From contig JANJGN010000026.1 of assembly GCA_026770705.1 (NCBI GenBank), positions 29,264,001 to 29,328,000 of the forward strand: 64,000 bases of DNA. Direction: 5' to 3'. The notes below the pieces were generated by a model, which saw only the letters and a program-made list of their open reading frames with translations, did no database searches and had not been told where the DNA came from. Of this stretch, positions 24,180 to 37,400 are shown piece after piece. The DNA is from Isurus oxyrinchus (lineage: Eukaryota). Position 1 is the stretch's first letter; every line of letters starts with the position of its first letter. The translations under genes and the position numbers were made by a program.

Positions 24180-25295
24180 GAATCTTAACGGCCCATCGTG
24201 TCTGCAGCGAATCTCCAAATGAACATTCTGACCGACTGCCATTGACCTGGCTTTTCCCCGTACCCTTGCAATTTGTTTCTATTCAAATAATCATCTAATG
24301 CCCTCCTGAATGCCAGAATTGAACCTACCTCCACCACACTTGCAAGCAGTGCATTCCAGACCCGAACGACTCATTGTGTGAAAAAGATTATTTCTCATGT
24401 TACATTTGTTTCTTTTGCAAATCACTTTAAATTTGTGCCCTTTCGTTCTTAATCCTTTTACAAGTGGGATCAGCTTCTTAATATTTACTCTGTCCAGCCC
24501 CCTCATGATTTGGAAAACTTCTATCAAGTTTCCTAGCAGCCTTCTCCTCTCCATGGAAAACAATCCCAACGTCTCCAATCTACCCTCAAACGCTGAAGTC
24601 CCTCACCCCTGGAACATTCTTGTAAACCTCTTCTGCACTCTCTCCAATGTGTTCACATCCTTTCTATAATATGGTGCCCAGAACTGTACACAATATTCCA
24701 GCTGAGGTCTAATGAGGGTCTTAAATGAATTCAGTTTAACCTCCCTGCTCTTGTACTTTAAGTCCCTTTTAAAAGGGCCCAGATAGTATTTGTTTTATTA
24801 ACTGCTCTCTCCACCTGTCCTGCCACCTTCAATGATCTATGCACATATACACCCAAGTCTTTCTGTTGCTGCAACCCCTTCAAAATTCCGCCCCTTATTT
24901 TATATTGTCTGTCCACGTTCCTCCTACCAAACTGCATCACCTCACACTTCTCCACATTGAACTTCATCTGTCATCTATCTGCCCACTCCACCAACTTGTC
25001 TGTGTCCTCTTGAAATCCCACATTGTCCTCCTCGCAGTTCACAACATTCCCAAGCTTCGTATCATCCACAAACGTTGAAATGGCCCTCTGTACACCAAGA
25101 TCGAGATCCTTAATATATATCAGGAAAAGCAAGTGTCCCAATGCCGACCCCTGGGGAACTCCACGACAAACCTTCATCCAGCCCGAGAAACATCCAATGA
25201 CCAATACCCTCCACTTCCTATTTTTCAGCCAATTTTGTATCCATGTTGCTACTGCCCCTTTTATCCCATGAGCAATAATTTTTCTCACAAGTCGG
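24180..25295 (-). mobile_element. CR1-clade LINE fragment (RT domain)
   Basis: GVPQGSALG.LLFLIYI.DLD...FVDDTKLG, MKFNVEKCEVM and LIEVFQIMRGLDRV remnants; flanked by satellite relics. Confidence 0.92.
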
Positions 25296-25569
25296 TTGTG
25301 AGATGAATCCTAATATAATACAAACAGAGACTTTGTGCTATGCAACAGCAGCTCAGAAATTGTCACTTGCCGCATATATAGAGGCACAGCTATGTGCATT
25401 AATAAACGAAGCAGAATATAATGTAATATAAACAGAACATAGTCTAGTGCAGTAATAACTGAGAAAGGGTCAGCTGTAATGTATATAGAGGCATGGCCCA
25501 GTGCATTAATAAGTTCAACTTCAGATAGTGTTACATACACAGATACAGTGAGAGGAGAAAGATCAAAGG

Positions 25570-25995
25570 AAAAATGTTAAGTAATAGGAAAAGCTAATAG
25601 AATGTTATCATTTATTGTGAGGGGAATTGAATACAAAAGTAGGGATGTTATGCTTCAGTTATACAGGGCACTAATTGAGATCACGTTTTGAGTACTGTGC
25701 ACAGTAGTGGTCACCTTATTTAAGGAAAGATGTAAATGTGTTGTAAGCAGTTCAGAGAAGGTTTATTAGACAATGGGTTGGACAGGCTCGGCTTTTATCT
25801 TCTGGGGTTTAGAAGAGTAAGAGGCAACTTGACTGAAACATATAAGATCCTGAGTGGTCTTGACAGGGTGGATGTGGAGAGGATGTTTCCTCTTGTGGGA
25901 AAATCTGGAACTAGGGGTCACTGCTTAAAAATAAGGGGTTGCCCATGTAAAACGGAGAAGTGGCGCATTTCTTTCACTCTCAGGGTCATGAGCCT
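25570..25995 (+). mobile_element. CR1-clade LINE fragment
   Basis: LDRLGFYLLGFRRVRGNLTETYKILSGLDRVDVERMFPLVG. Confidence 0.88.
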
Positions 25996-26266
25996 TTTTA
26001 TTCCTTTTTATAACTTTTTTCCCAAATCCCTACCACACCCACAAAAGGGCCATCTGTTACTTGTTCCATGTTGTTCTTTCACATTGTGCTGATTCTGGTT
26101 CTGCTATTAACACATTCTGCTTTCTTACCTTTATGCCACTATCAGCACCTTCTTTAACCTTACCACTACCATTAACACTCCCTTTGTCTTCTTGCCCATG
26201 ATACATTTCTCAGTCCCACCTTACTCCCACCTATTTCTTGCCTTCTACCTAACCTCATCTGCTCCA

Positions 26267-28736
26267 AAACAAAAACAGAATTACCTGGAAAAACTCAGCA
26301 GGTCTGGCAGCATCGGCGGAGAAGAAAAGAGTTGACGTTTCGAGTCCTCATGACCCTTCGACAGAACTTGATTTCGAGTCCAAGAAAGAGTTGAAATATA
26401 AGCTGGTTTAAGGTGTGTGTGTGTGGGGGGTGGAGAGATAGAGAGAGAGAGAGGTGGTTGTGTAGACAAACAAGCAGTGATAGAAGCAGATCATCAAAAG
26501 ATGTCAGTGACAATGGTACAATAGAACACATAGGTGTTAAAGTTAAAGTTGGTGATATTATCTAAACGAATGTGCTAATTAAGAATGGATGGTAGGGCAT
26601 TCAAGGTACAGCTCTAGTGGGGGTGGGGGGAGCATAAAAGATTTTAAAATATTTAAAAATAATGGTAATAGGTGGGAAAAGAAAAATCTATATAATTTAT
26701 AGGAAAAAAAAGGGGGAAACAGAAAGGGGGTGGGGATGGGGGAGGGAGCTCACGACCTAAAGTTGTTGAATTCAGTATTCAGACTGGAAGGCTGTAAGGT
26801 GCCTAGTCGGAAGATGAGGTGTTGTTCCTCCAGTTTGCGTTGGGCTTCACTGGAACAATGCAGCAAGCCAAGGACAGACATGTGGGCAAGAGAGCAGGGT
26901 GGAGTGTTAAAATGGCAAGCGACAGGGAGGTTTGGGTCATTCTTGCGGACAGACCACAGGTGTTCTGCAAAGCGGTCGCCCAGTTTACGTTTGGTCTCTC
27001 CAATGTAGAGGAGACCACATTGGGAGCAACGAATGCAGTAGACTAAGTTGGGGGAAATGCAAGTGAAATGCTGCTTCACTTGAAAGGAGTGTTTGGGCCC
27101 TTGGACGGTGAGGAGAGAGGAAGTGAAGGGGCAGGTGTTACATCTTTTGCGTGGGCATGGGGTGGTGCCATAGGAGGGGGTTGAGGAGTAGGGGGTGATG
27201 GAGGAGTGGACCAGGGTGTCCCGGAGGGAGCGATCCCTACGGAATGCCGATAAGGGGGGTGAAGGGAAGATGTGTTTGGTGGTGGCATCATGCTGGAGTT
27301 GGCGGAAATGGTGGCGGATGATCCTTTGAATGCGGAGGCTGGTGGGGTGATAAGTGAGGACAAGGGGGACCCTATCATGTTTCTGGGAGGGAGGAGAAGG
27401 CGTGAGGGCGGATGCACGGGAAATGGGCCGGACACGGTTGAGGGCCCTGTCAACGACCGTGGGTGGAAAACCTCGGTTAAGGAAGAAGGAGGACATGTCA
27501 GAGGAACCATTTTTGAAGGTAGCATCATCGGAACAGATGCGACGAAGGTGAAGGAACTGGGAGAATGGGATGGAGTCCTTACAGGAAGCGGGGTGTGAGG
27601 AGCTGTAGTCGAGGTAGCTGTGGGAGTCGGTGGGTTTGTAATGGATATTGGTGGACAGTCTATCACCAGAGATTGAGACAGAGAGGTCAAGGAAGGGAAG
27701 GGAAGCGTCAGAGATGGCCCACGTGAAAATGATGGAGGGGTGGAGATTGGAAGCAAAATTAATAAATTTTTCCAAGTCCCGACGAGAGCATGAAGCGGCA
27801 CCGAAGTAATCATCGATGTACCGGAGAAAAAGTTGTGGAAGGGGGCCGGAGTAGGACTGCAACAAGGAATGTTCCACATACCCCATAAAGAGACAGGCAT
27901 AGCTGGGGCCCATGCGGGTACCCATAGCCACACCTTTTATTTGGAGAAAGTGAGAGGAGTTGAAGGAGAAATTGTTCAATGTGAGAACAAGTTCAGCCAG
28001 ACGGAGGAGAGTAGTGGTGGATGGGGATTGTTCGGGCCTCTGTTCGAGGAAGAAGCTAAGGGCCCTCAGACCATCCTGGTGGGGGATGGAGGTGTAGAGA
28101 GATTGGACGTCCATGGTGAAGAGGAAGCAGTTGGGGCCAGGGAACTGGAAATTGTTGATGTGACATAAGGTGTCAGAGGAATCACGGATGTAGGTGGGAA
28201 GGGACTGGACAAGGGGAGAGAGAAGGGAGTCAAGATAACGAGAAATGAGTTCTGTGGGGCAGGAGCAAGCTGAGACGATTGGTCTACCAGGGCAGTTCTG
28301 TTTGTGGATTTTGGGTAGGAGATAGAAGCGGGCCGTCCGAGGTTGGGCGACTATCAGGTTGGAAGCTGTGGGAGGGAGATCCCCAGAGGAGATGAGGTCA
28401 GTGACAGTCCTAGAAACAATGGCTTGATGTTCAGTGGTGGGGTCATGGTCCAGGGAGAGGTAGGAGGAAGTGTCTGCGAGTTGACGCTCAGCCTCCGCGA
28501 GGTAGAGGTCAGTGCGCCAGACAACAACAGCACCACCCTTGTCAGCTGGTTTGATGACAATGTCAGGGTTGGACCTGAGAGAATGGAGTGCAGTAAGTTC
28601 AGAGAGAGACAGGTTAGAATGGGTGAGAGGAGCAGAGAAATTGAGACGACTAATGTCGCGCCGACAGTTCTCAATGAAAAGATCAAGAGAAGGTAAGAAT
28701 CCAGAGGGAGGGGTCCAGGTGGAGGGAGAATATTGG
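26267..28736 (-). mobile_element. Young 5'-truncated Penelope-like retroelement (RT + GIY-YIG endonuclease) with 10-bp TSD
   Basis: Uninterrupted ~660-codon ORF with KPADKGG, GVAMG, RYIDD (RT) and NLVYCIRC..C...YIGET (GIY-YIG). ATCTGCTCCA is duplicated at 26257-26266 and 28737-28746. Host is an older opposite-strand Penelope 3' end (~26000-26266 + 28747-28930). Confidence 0.95.
26331..26364 (-). ncRNA. Minimal hammerhead-ribozyme-like motif of Penelope 3' end
   Basis: CTGTCGA-AGGGTC-ATGAG-GACTC-GAAAC-GTCAAC: CUGANGA-like core (A6 variant), stem II and GAAA. Confidence 0.5.
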
Positions 28737-28795
28737 ATCTGCTCCACCCCGCTTAAACAGTATAAATGTCATCACATTTTGACTTCTCCTTAGCT

Positions 28796-28829
28796 CTGAA
28801 GAAGAGTCGTATGGTCTTGAAACGTTAAC
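28796..28829 (+). ncRNA. Minimal hammerhead-ribozyme-like motif in older Penelope relic
   Basis: CTGAAGA-AGAGTC-GTATG-GTCTT-GAAAC-GTTAAC with palindromic AACGTT. Confidence 0.55.
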
Positions 28830-28934
28830 TCTGCTTCACTCTCCACAGGCGCTGTCAGACCTGCTGAGGTTTTCCAGAATTTTATGCTTTTCTTTTGGAT
28901 TTCCAGCATCTGCAGTATTTTATTTTAATCTCAG

Positions 28935-31340
28935 TTGATATAAGCTGAGACAATGCCTAATGCAGTGATTACTGATGGTGGGTTCAGATTATCATAAACT
29001 GAGACAGGGTCTGGTGCAATGATTACTCATACAGGGTAATATGTTATTTTAATATAATGTAATTAATATAAACTAAGACAGGCTCTAGTGCAGTCATTAC
29101 TGGTACAGGGCCTAGATAAACATAAAATGAGACAGGGTCTCATGCAGTGATTACTGCCTCAGGGTCTAGATTAATCTAAATTGAGGCAGAGCCTCGTGCA
29201 GTGATTACTGATACAGGGTCTATATTAATCTAAACTGAGAACGAGCCTAGTGCAGTGATTAGTGATGTAGTGTCCAGATTGATATCAACTGAGACAGGAT
29301 CTAGTGCAATGGGTATAATATAGGGTTCAGATTTATCTAACCTGAGAGAGGGTCCCGTGCAGTGATTATTGATATGTGGTTTAGATTAATATAGAATGAG
29401 AAAGGGTCTCATGCAGCAATTAGAGACACAGGGTCTAGATCAGTATAAACCAAGACAAAGTCTAGTGCAGTGATTACAGATACAGGGCCTAGATTGATAT
29501 AAACTGATACAGGACATAGTGCAGTGATTACTGATACAGGCTCTAGGTTAATATGAACTGAGAAAGGGTCTAGTGAAGTTATTGCAGAATCAGGGTGTAG
29601 ATTAATATAATGAAAACAGGGCCGAGTACAGCGATTATGATGAAGGGTCTTGATTAATATAAACTGAGGCAGGTCCTTGTGCAGCAATTACTGATGCAGG
29701 GCCTGAACTAATATAAACTGAGGTAGGGCCTGGTGCAATGTTCACTGATGCAGGACCTAGATAAATAAAACCTGGGATAGAGGCTCGTGCAGTGATTACT
29801 GACACAGGGGCACGATTGATATGTGCAGAGATACGGTCTAGTACAGTAATTACTGACACAGAGACAAGGTTAATATAAATTGAGACCTGGTCTCAATACA
29901 GGGTCTAGACTAATACAAAATGGCACAAGGTCTAGTGCAGAGATTACTGACACAGGCTCAAGATCAAAATAAACTGAGACAGGGTCAAGTGCTGTGATTA
30001 CTGATACAGGCTCTAGATTAATACAAACTGAGACAGCATCTAGTGCACTTAATACTGGTACAGGGTCTAAATTAATATGCAATGAGACCCGGCATTGTGC
30101 ACTGATTACTGATGTAGGCTCTATATTAAGACCGTGTCTAGTGTAGTGATTAATGATACAGGGTTTAGATCAATATAAACTGAGACAGGGCCTAGTGCCA
30201 TGATTACTGATACAGGGCCTAGATCAATATAAACTGAGACAAGGTCAAGTGCAGTGATTACTGATATAGGGTACAGATAGATATAAACTGAGGCAGGGCA
30301 CATTGCAGTGACTACTGATACAGGGTCTAGATTAATAGAAACTGAGACAGGAACCTAATGCAGAGGTTACTAATACGGGGTTTAGATCAATATAAACTGA
30401 GACAGGGTCTAGTGCAGAGATTGCTGACAATTGGTCTAGATCCAATTAAACTGAGACAGGGTCTAGGGCAAATATTACTGATACAGGGTCTTGATCAATA
30501 TATACCAAGACAGTGTCCAGTGCAGTGATTACTGATACAGGGACTAGATTAATTTAAACTGAGACAGGGTCTAGTGCAAATATTATTGATGCATGGTATG
30601 GATTACTATAAGCTGAGACAGGGTCTAGTGTAGAGATAACGGATAGGGTCTAGTGCACTTATTACTGATACAGGGCCTTAATTAATACAAACTGAGACAG
30701 GTTCTAGACCAGAGATTATTGATACATGGCCTAGATCAATATTAACTGATACAGGGTCTAGTGCAATGATTGCTAATACAGGGAGAAGATAAATTTAAAA
30801 TCAGACAGGGTCTAGTGTAGTGATTACTGATACAGGTGTCAGCAAACAGAAATTGGAACAGGGCCTAGGGCAGTGATTACAGATACAGGGTTTAGGTTAA
30901 TATAAACTGAGAGAGGGTCTAGGGCACTGATTATTGATGCAAGGTCTAGACAAACATAAACTGAGACAGTGTCCAGAGCAATGTTTACCGAAAGTGTCTT
31001 GATTAATATATCTTGAGATAGGCTTTTGTGCAGTAATTACTGATACAGGGTCTGAACTAATAAAAGCTGAGACAGGGCCTAGTGCAGTAATTACCGATAC
31101 AGGGACTAGGCTCATGTAAATTGAGACAGGGTCTAGTGCAGTGATTACTGATACAGGGTATATTTTAATATTAACTGAGACAGGGTCTAGTGCGGTGATT
31201 ACTGATGCAGGGTCTATTTGAATATTAACTGAGACAGGGTATAGTGCAGAGATTACTGATACATGGTACGGACTACTATAAGCTGAGATGGGGTCTATTG
31301 CAGATATAACTGATCCAGGGCCGAGATCAATATTAAGTGC
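28935..31340 (+). repeat. 54-bp minisatellite array (left part)
   Basis: Unit ACTGAGACAGGGTCTAGTGCAGTGATT+ACTGATACAGGGTCTAGATTAATATAA (two related 27-mers), divergent copies. Confidence 0.95.
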
Positions 31341-31344
31341 CACA

Positions 31345-32690
31345 GGAAAAAGGCAAAATATCATGTATGCTGGAAACCTGAAACAAAAACAAAAAGCACT
31401 GGAAAACTTCAGCAGGTCTGACAGAATCTGTGGAGAGAAAGACAGAGTTAACGTTTCGAGTCTGTGTGACTCTTCTTCCGAACTGAAGAGAAGTAAAAAT
31501 ATGATGAAATGTATACTGTTTAAGGAGGTGGGACAGGTGAAGCTGGATAGAAGGCCAGTTATAGGTGGAGGCAAAAGGGAGCTTGCAGAAGATGTCAGAA
31601 ACAGAAGGTCAAAGAGGTGTTGATGGCATTGATGGTGGTGACACTGGCTAAAGGATGTACTAACTGTGACATTAAGAGTAGAAAGTAGGATGAACAAGCG
31701 ACAGATGGCCCTGGTGGGGGTGGGGTGGGGGAGGGGACAGTGTAGGAAAAAAGATCGAATTAGGCTAAAAGGTGCAGATGAAACAATTAGTAAAAATGGA
31801 ACTAAATTTTTAAAATAATAATCATAAAAATAGGTGGGAAAAGTATGTATATAAAGATTAAAAAATAAAGATTTGAGAAAAGGAGATCAAAAAGAGGTGA
31901 AGATGGGGGAGGGAGTTCATGATCTGAAGTTGTTGAGCTCAATTTTAAGCCAGAAGGCTATAAAGTGCCTAATCAGAAGATGAGGTGCTGTTCCTCCAGT
32001 TTGCGTTGAGCTTCACTGGAACTTTGCAGCAGGCCAAGGACAGATATGAGAGCAGGGTGGTGTGTTAAAATGGCAAGCGACAGTATGAGCCATGCTTGTG
32101 GACAGATCAAAGGTGTTCCGCAAAGTGCCACCGAGCCTGCACTTGGTCTCTCCAACGCACTAGGAGCAACGAATGCAGCAGACTAAATGGAAGGAAGTGC
32201 AAGTGAAGCATTAGTATCAATGAGTTGTTGGAGTTTGCATTCCTTTGTGCTTGCAAAGAAGAGAAAAAGTTCCTTGTTAAGGTGTCGGATGAGACTAAGA
32301 ATAAAATGAAATGGGGAAGGACAGCTTTGAGGCAGGGTAAGCCAATAGTGCTGGAGGGAGAGGTCGAGTGTGTTCATATGGCGGTGCATGGCACTGAATG
32401 TGGATCTCAGTATGCGGTGAGAACAGCAGTTTGAGGAATGTTGTATGTCCCAGAGAAGCCTGTAATCCTGGGTGGATTTGAAACATGAGGGATGGAACTT
32501 CAGTTGGAATCCACATGGGGTAAGTCAGAGATGGAGACAGTCACTGAGGAAGCAAATACGGCTGTGAAAGTGAGTTTTAGTAAATACCTTGTCAAGCGCC
32601 AGGAGGGAAATGGAATGAATGAAGGTGAACAGGGCAAAAGAGACAAGCGGAAATCCTATCAGAGAGGAGAGCAGCACTTCCTCAATTGAG
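31345..32690 (-). mobile_element. Internally deleted Penelope-like copy (putative ORF N-terminal region fused to GIY-YIG/3' end)
   Basis: 32690-32205 encodes sequence absent from the young copy (KTHFHSRICFLSDCL, HMNTLDLSLQH, KECKLQQL). It joins directly to the GIY-YIG C-terminus (SEAQRKLEEQHLIF) and 3' tail with a hammerhead-like motif at 31447-31481. Confidence 0.75.
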
Positions 32691-34468
32691 GCTGAACTTG
32701 TTCTCTCACTGAACAATTTTTCCTTAAACTCATCTCAGTTCCTCTGAATAAAAGGTGTGGCTATGGGTACCTGCATGGGCCCCAGTTATGCTTGTCTCTT
32801 TAGGGGATATGTGGGACTTTCCTTGTTTCAGTCCACCTCAGGCCCCCTCCCACAACTCTTTCTCCAGGACATCGATAACTGTTTCAGTGCTGCTTCATGA
32901 CCTTGTCTGGACCTGGAAACATTTATTAACTTTTCTTCCAATTTCCACCCCTCAATCACTTTCACATGGTCCATCACTGAGACTTTCATTCTCTTCCTTG
33001 ACCTCTCTGTCTCAATTCCTGGTGATAGACTGCCCACCAATATTCACAACAAGCCTACCGACTCCCACAGTTACCTCGGCTACAGCTCCTCACATCCCGC
33101 TTCCTGTACGGACTCCATCCCATTTTCTCAGTTCCTTCACCTCTGTCGCATTTGTTCTGATGATGCCACTTTCCAACTGTGCTCCTGATATGTCTTCCTT
33201 CTTCCTTAACAGAGGTTTCTCACCCAAAGTAGTTGACAGAGACCTCAACTGTGTCCGGCCCATCCCCTGTGCCTCTGCTCTCACACCTTCCTCTCCCTCA
33301 CAGAACCATGATATGGTCCCCCTTGTCCTCACTTTTCACCCCAACAGTCGCAGCAATCAAAGGATCATCCTCTGCCATTTCTGCCAAGTCCAGCATGATT
33401 CCACCACCAAGCACATTTAACATTCAGCACGCACCCCACCCCCCCACCCCCCCCGCCGCCCTTAACATTCTGTAGCGACTATTCCCTCCAGGACACCCTG
33501 GTCCACTCCTCCATCACCCCCAACACCTCAACCCCTCCTGCTGCACCTTCCCATGCAATCGCAGAAGATGCAAAAACTGCCCATTTACTCCCCCCTCCAG
33601 ATTGTCCAAGGGCCCATACACTCCTTTCGAGTGCAGCTTCACTTGCACTTCCCTCAATTTATTCTACTGTATTCGATGCTCCCAATGCCATCTCCACTAC
33701 ATTGGACAGACCAAACACAGACTGGGTGATCACTTTGGGAACACCTTCGGTCTATCCGCAAACAGGATTCAGACCTTCCTGTTGCTTGCCATTTCAACAC
33801 ACCACTTTTCTCTCATGACCACATGTCCGACTTTGGCCTACTGCAATGTTCCAGTAAAGCCCCACGCAAACTGGAGGAAGAGCACTTCATCTTCTAATTA
33901 GGGACTTTACAGCCTTCTGGACTTAACATTGAGTTCAACAACTTCAGACCATGAACTCTCTCTTCCATCCTCACACATTTTTGATCCCCTTTTTTCAAAT
34001 ATTTATTTTTTAATTTTTATATATATATATATATTCCCACCTATTTGTATTATTTTTAAAAATGTATTCCCATTTTTATTCATTGTTTTATACCCACCTT
34101 TTAGCCAATTTTGATCTTTTTCCCCACACCATCCCCTCCCCCCACTAGGGCCATCTGTTACTCACTCATTCTGCTTTCCACTCTTAATGTCACTATTAGC
34201 ACCTCCTTTAGCCAGTAACACCACCATCAACAACACTTCGACCTTTTGTCTATGACATCTTTTGCAATCCCTCCTTTGCCTCCACCTGCCGCTGGCCTTC
34301 TATCCAGCTTCACCTGTCCCACCCCACTTAAACAGTATATATTTGACCATATTTTTACTGATATTTAGTTCTGAAGAAGTGTCATAGGGACTCAAAATGT
34401 TAACTTTATCTTTCTTGCCACAGATGCTGTCAGAGCTGCTGGGTTTTTCTAGCATTTTTTGTTTTTGT
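32690..34468 (+). mobile_element. Decayed 5'-truncated Penelope-like copy
   Basis: Colinear with the young element from AELVL.LNNFS/KGVAMG through the GIY-YIG to the 3' tail; multiple frameshifts. Confidence 0.9.
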
Positions 34469-34469
34469 T

Positions 34470-37400
34470 AACTGACAAAGGGTCCAGTACGCTCATTACT
34501 GATACAGGGACAAGCTATAACCTGAGGCAGGGTCTAGTGCAGCGATTACTGATACACAGTCAAGATCAACATAAACTGAGACAGTATCCAGTGCAGTGAT
34601 TACTGATATAGGGTCTTGGTTAATACAAACTAGACAAGGTACAGTACAGTGATTACTGATACAGGGTCTTGATTAATATTAACTGAGACAGGCTCTTTTG
34701 CAGTAATTTCTGACACAGGGTCTGGAAGAATATAAACTAAGACAGGATATAGTATAAAGGTCACTAATACATGGTATAGACTGCTATAAACTTAGACAGG
34801 GTCTAGTGCAGATAGAGCTGATGCAGGGCAGATGTCAATATTAACTGAGACAAGGTCTAGCTAAATATAAACTGAGTCAGAGTCTAGTGGAGTGTTTACT
34901 GATACAGGGCCTAGTGCAATGATTAATGATACAGGGTCTAGATTAATATAAACTGAGGTAGGGCATAGTGTAAAGATTACAGATACAGGGTCTAGATTAA
35001 TAGAAATTGAGACAGAGTCTAGTCCAGTGAATACTGATACAGGAATTTGATTAATATAAACTCAGACAGGTTATAGGCCAAAGATTATTGATAGAGGGTC
35101 TAGATTAATATAAGTTGAGACAGGGTCTGGTGCAGTGATTACTGATACAGGAAGTAGATTAACTTAAAATGAAACGGGGCCTAGTACACTGTTTACTGAT
35201 ACAAGGACTAGGTTAATATAAACTGAGACATGGTCTAGTGTAGTGATTACTGATACAGGGTCTAGCTTAATATAAAGTGAAAGAGGGTTTAGTGCAGAGA
35301 TTAATAATGCATGGTCTAGATCAATATAAACTGTGACAGCATCTAGAGCACTACCAAGTCTATTTTAATATAAATTGAGACAGGGTATTTTGCAGAGATT
35401 ACTGATATATGGCATGGACTAATATAAACTGAGACAGGGCCTAGTGCAGATAGAGCTGATGCAGGGCAGAGATCAATATTAACTGAAACAAGGTCTAGTG
35501 TGCTGATTACTGATACAGAGACTAGATTAATTTAAACTGGGACATGGTCTGGTGCAGAGATTACTGACACAGGGTCTAGGCTAACACAAACTGAGACAGG
35601 TCTAGTGCAGTGATTACTGGTGCCGGGTCTATTTTAATGTAAGCTGAGACAGGGTATATTGCAGAGATTACTGATATATGGCATGGACCACTATAAACTG
35701 AGACAGGGCCTAGTGCAGATATAATTGATGCAGGGCCAAGATCAACGTTAACTGACACAAGGTCTAGTGCACTGATCACTGATACAGGGTCAAGTTTAAT
35801 ATGACCTATGACATGGTCTAGTGCAGGGATTACTGATACAGGCCCTGGATTAACATAAACTGAAACAGGGCCTAGTGTCAAGAATACTGATATTGGGTCT
35901 GTATTGAAATTAACTGAGTGCAGAGGTTAATGATACAGGGTCTAAAATAATATAAAATGAGAATGGTCTTAGTGCGGTGACTACTGATACAGGGTGTAGA
36001 TTAATTTATAATCAGACAGGGCCTATTGCTGTGATTACTCATACAACGTCTAGACGAATATAAACTGAGAAGGTTATTGTGTACTGATTACTGATACAGG
36101 GTCTAGCTTAATATAAACTGAGACAGGGATTAGTGCAAAGATTACAGATACAGGATCTTGATTAACACAAGCTGAAGCAGGCTCTTGTGCAGTAATTATT
36201 GTCTCAGTGTCTAAACTAATATAAACTGAGTCAGCGCCTAGTGAATTGTTTATTGATAAAGGGTCTAGATTAGTATAAACCGTGAAAGTGTCTAGTGCAG
36301 TGATTACTGATACAGGGCCCAAATGAAAATAAACTGGGACAAGGGCTAGTGCAGTGATTACTGATACAGGGACGCGGTCAATATGAACTGAGACAGGGCC
36401 TAGTTTGGACATTACTGATAGAGGGACTGGACTAATACAAACTGAGGCAGAGTCTAGTGCAGTGATTTTTGAAACAGGGACTAGATCAATATAAACTGAG
36501 ACAGTGCCAACTGCAGTGATTACTGATACAGAGTCTAGATTGATAAAAACTGAGGCAGGGCATAATGCAGTGATTACTGATACAGGCTCTAAATTAATCT
36601 AAACTGAGACAGGGTGTAGCGGAGTGATTACTGAAACAAGGTCTAGATTAATATAAACTGAGACATGGCCTCATGCAGTGTTAACTGGTACAGGGTCCAG
36701 ATCAATATAAACTGAGGCAGTATCCAGTGCAGTGATTACTGATACAGGGCCTATTTTATTAGAAACTGAGACATTGTAAACTGCAGTGATTACTGATACA
36801 GAGTCTAGATTGGCATAAACTGAGGATTGTGCAATGATTACTGATACAAACTCTTAGTTAACATAAACTGAGAGAGGCTGCAGTGCAGTGATTACTAATG
36901 CAGGGCCTAGATTAATATAAATTGAGACAGGCACTTGTACAGTCATCACTGATTCAGGGTCTAATCTAATATAAACTGGGACAGGGTATAGTGCAGTAAT
37001 TACTGATGCAGGGACTAGATTAATACAAATTGAGACAGGGCCTAGTATGCTGATTACCTATACAGGTTCTAGCTTAATATAAACTGAGATAGGGTTTAGT
37101 ATAGTGATTGACAATACAGGGTCTAGATTAATATAAACTGAGACAGGATATAGTGCAGAGGTTACTGATTAATGGTATAGACTCCTATAAACTGAGGTAG
37201 GGTCGAGTGCAGATATAACTGATGCAGGGCGGAGAACAATATTAACTGAGACAGAGTCTAGTGCGCTGATTATGGATACAGGATCTGGCTTAATGTAAAC
37301 AGACAGGAGCAAGTGCAGTGATTACTGATACAGGGTCTGGATTTATAGAAGCTGAGACAGCACCGACTGCAGTGATTACCCTACAGAGTCTAGATTCATA

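Noticed and set aside
27076-28793. Overlapping and antisense ORFs across the Penelope element
   Set aside because: Shadow frames of the single RT-GIY-YIG ORF.
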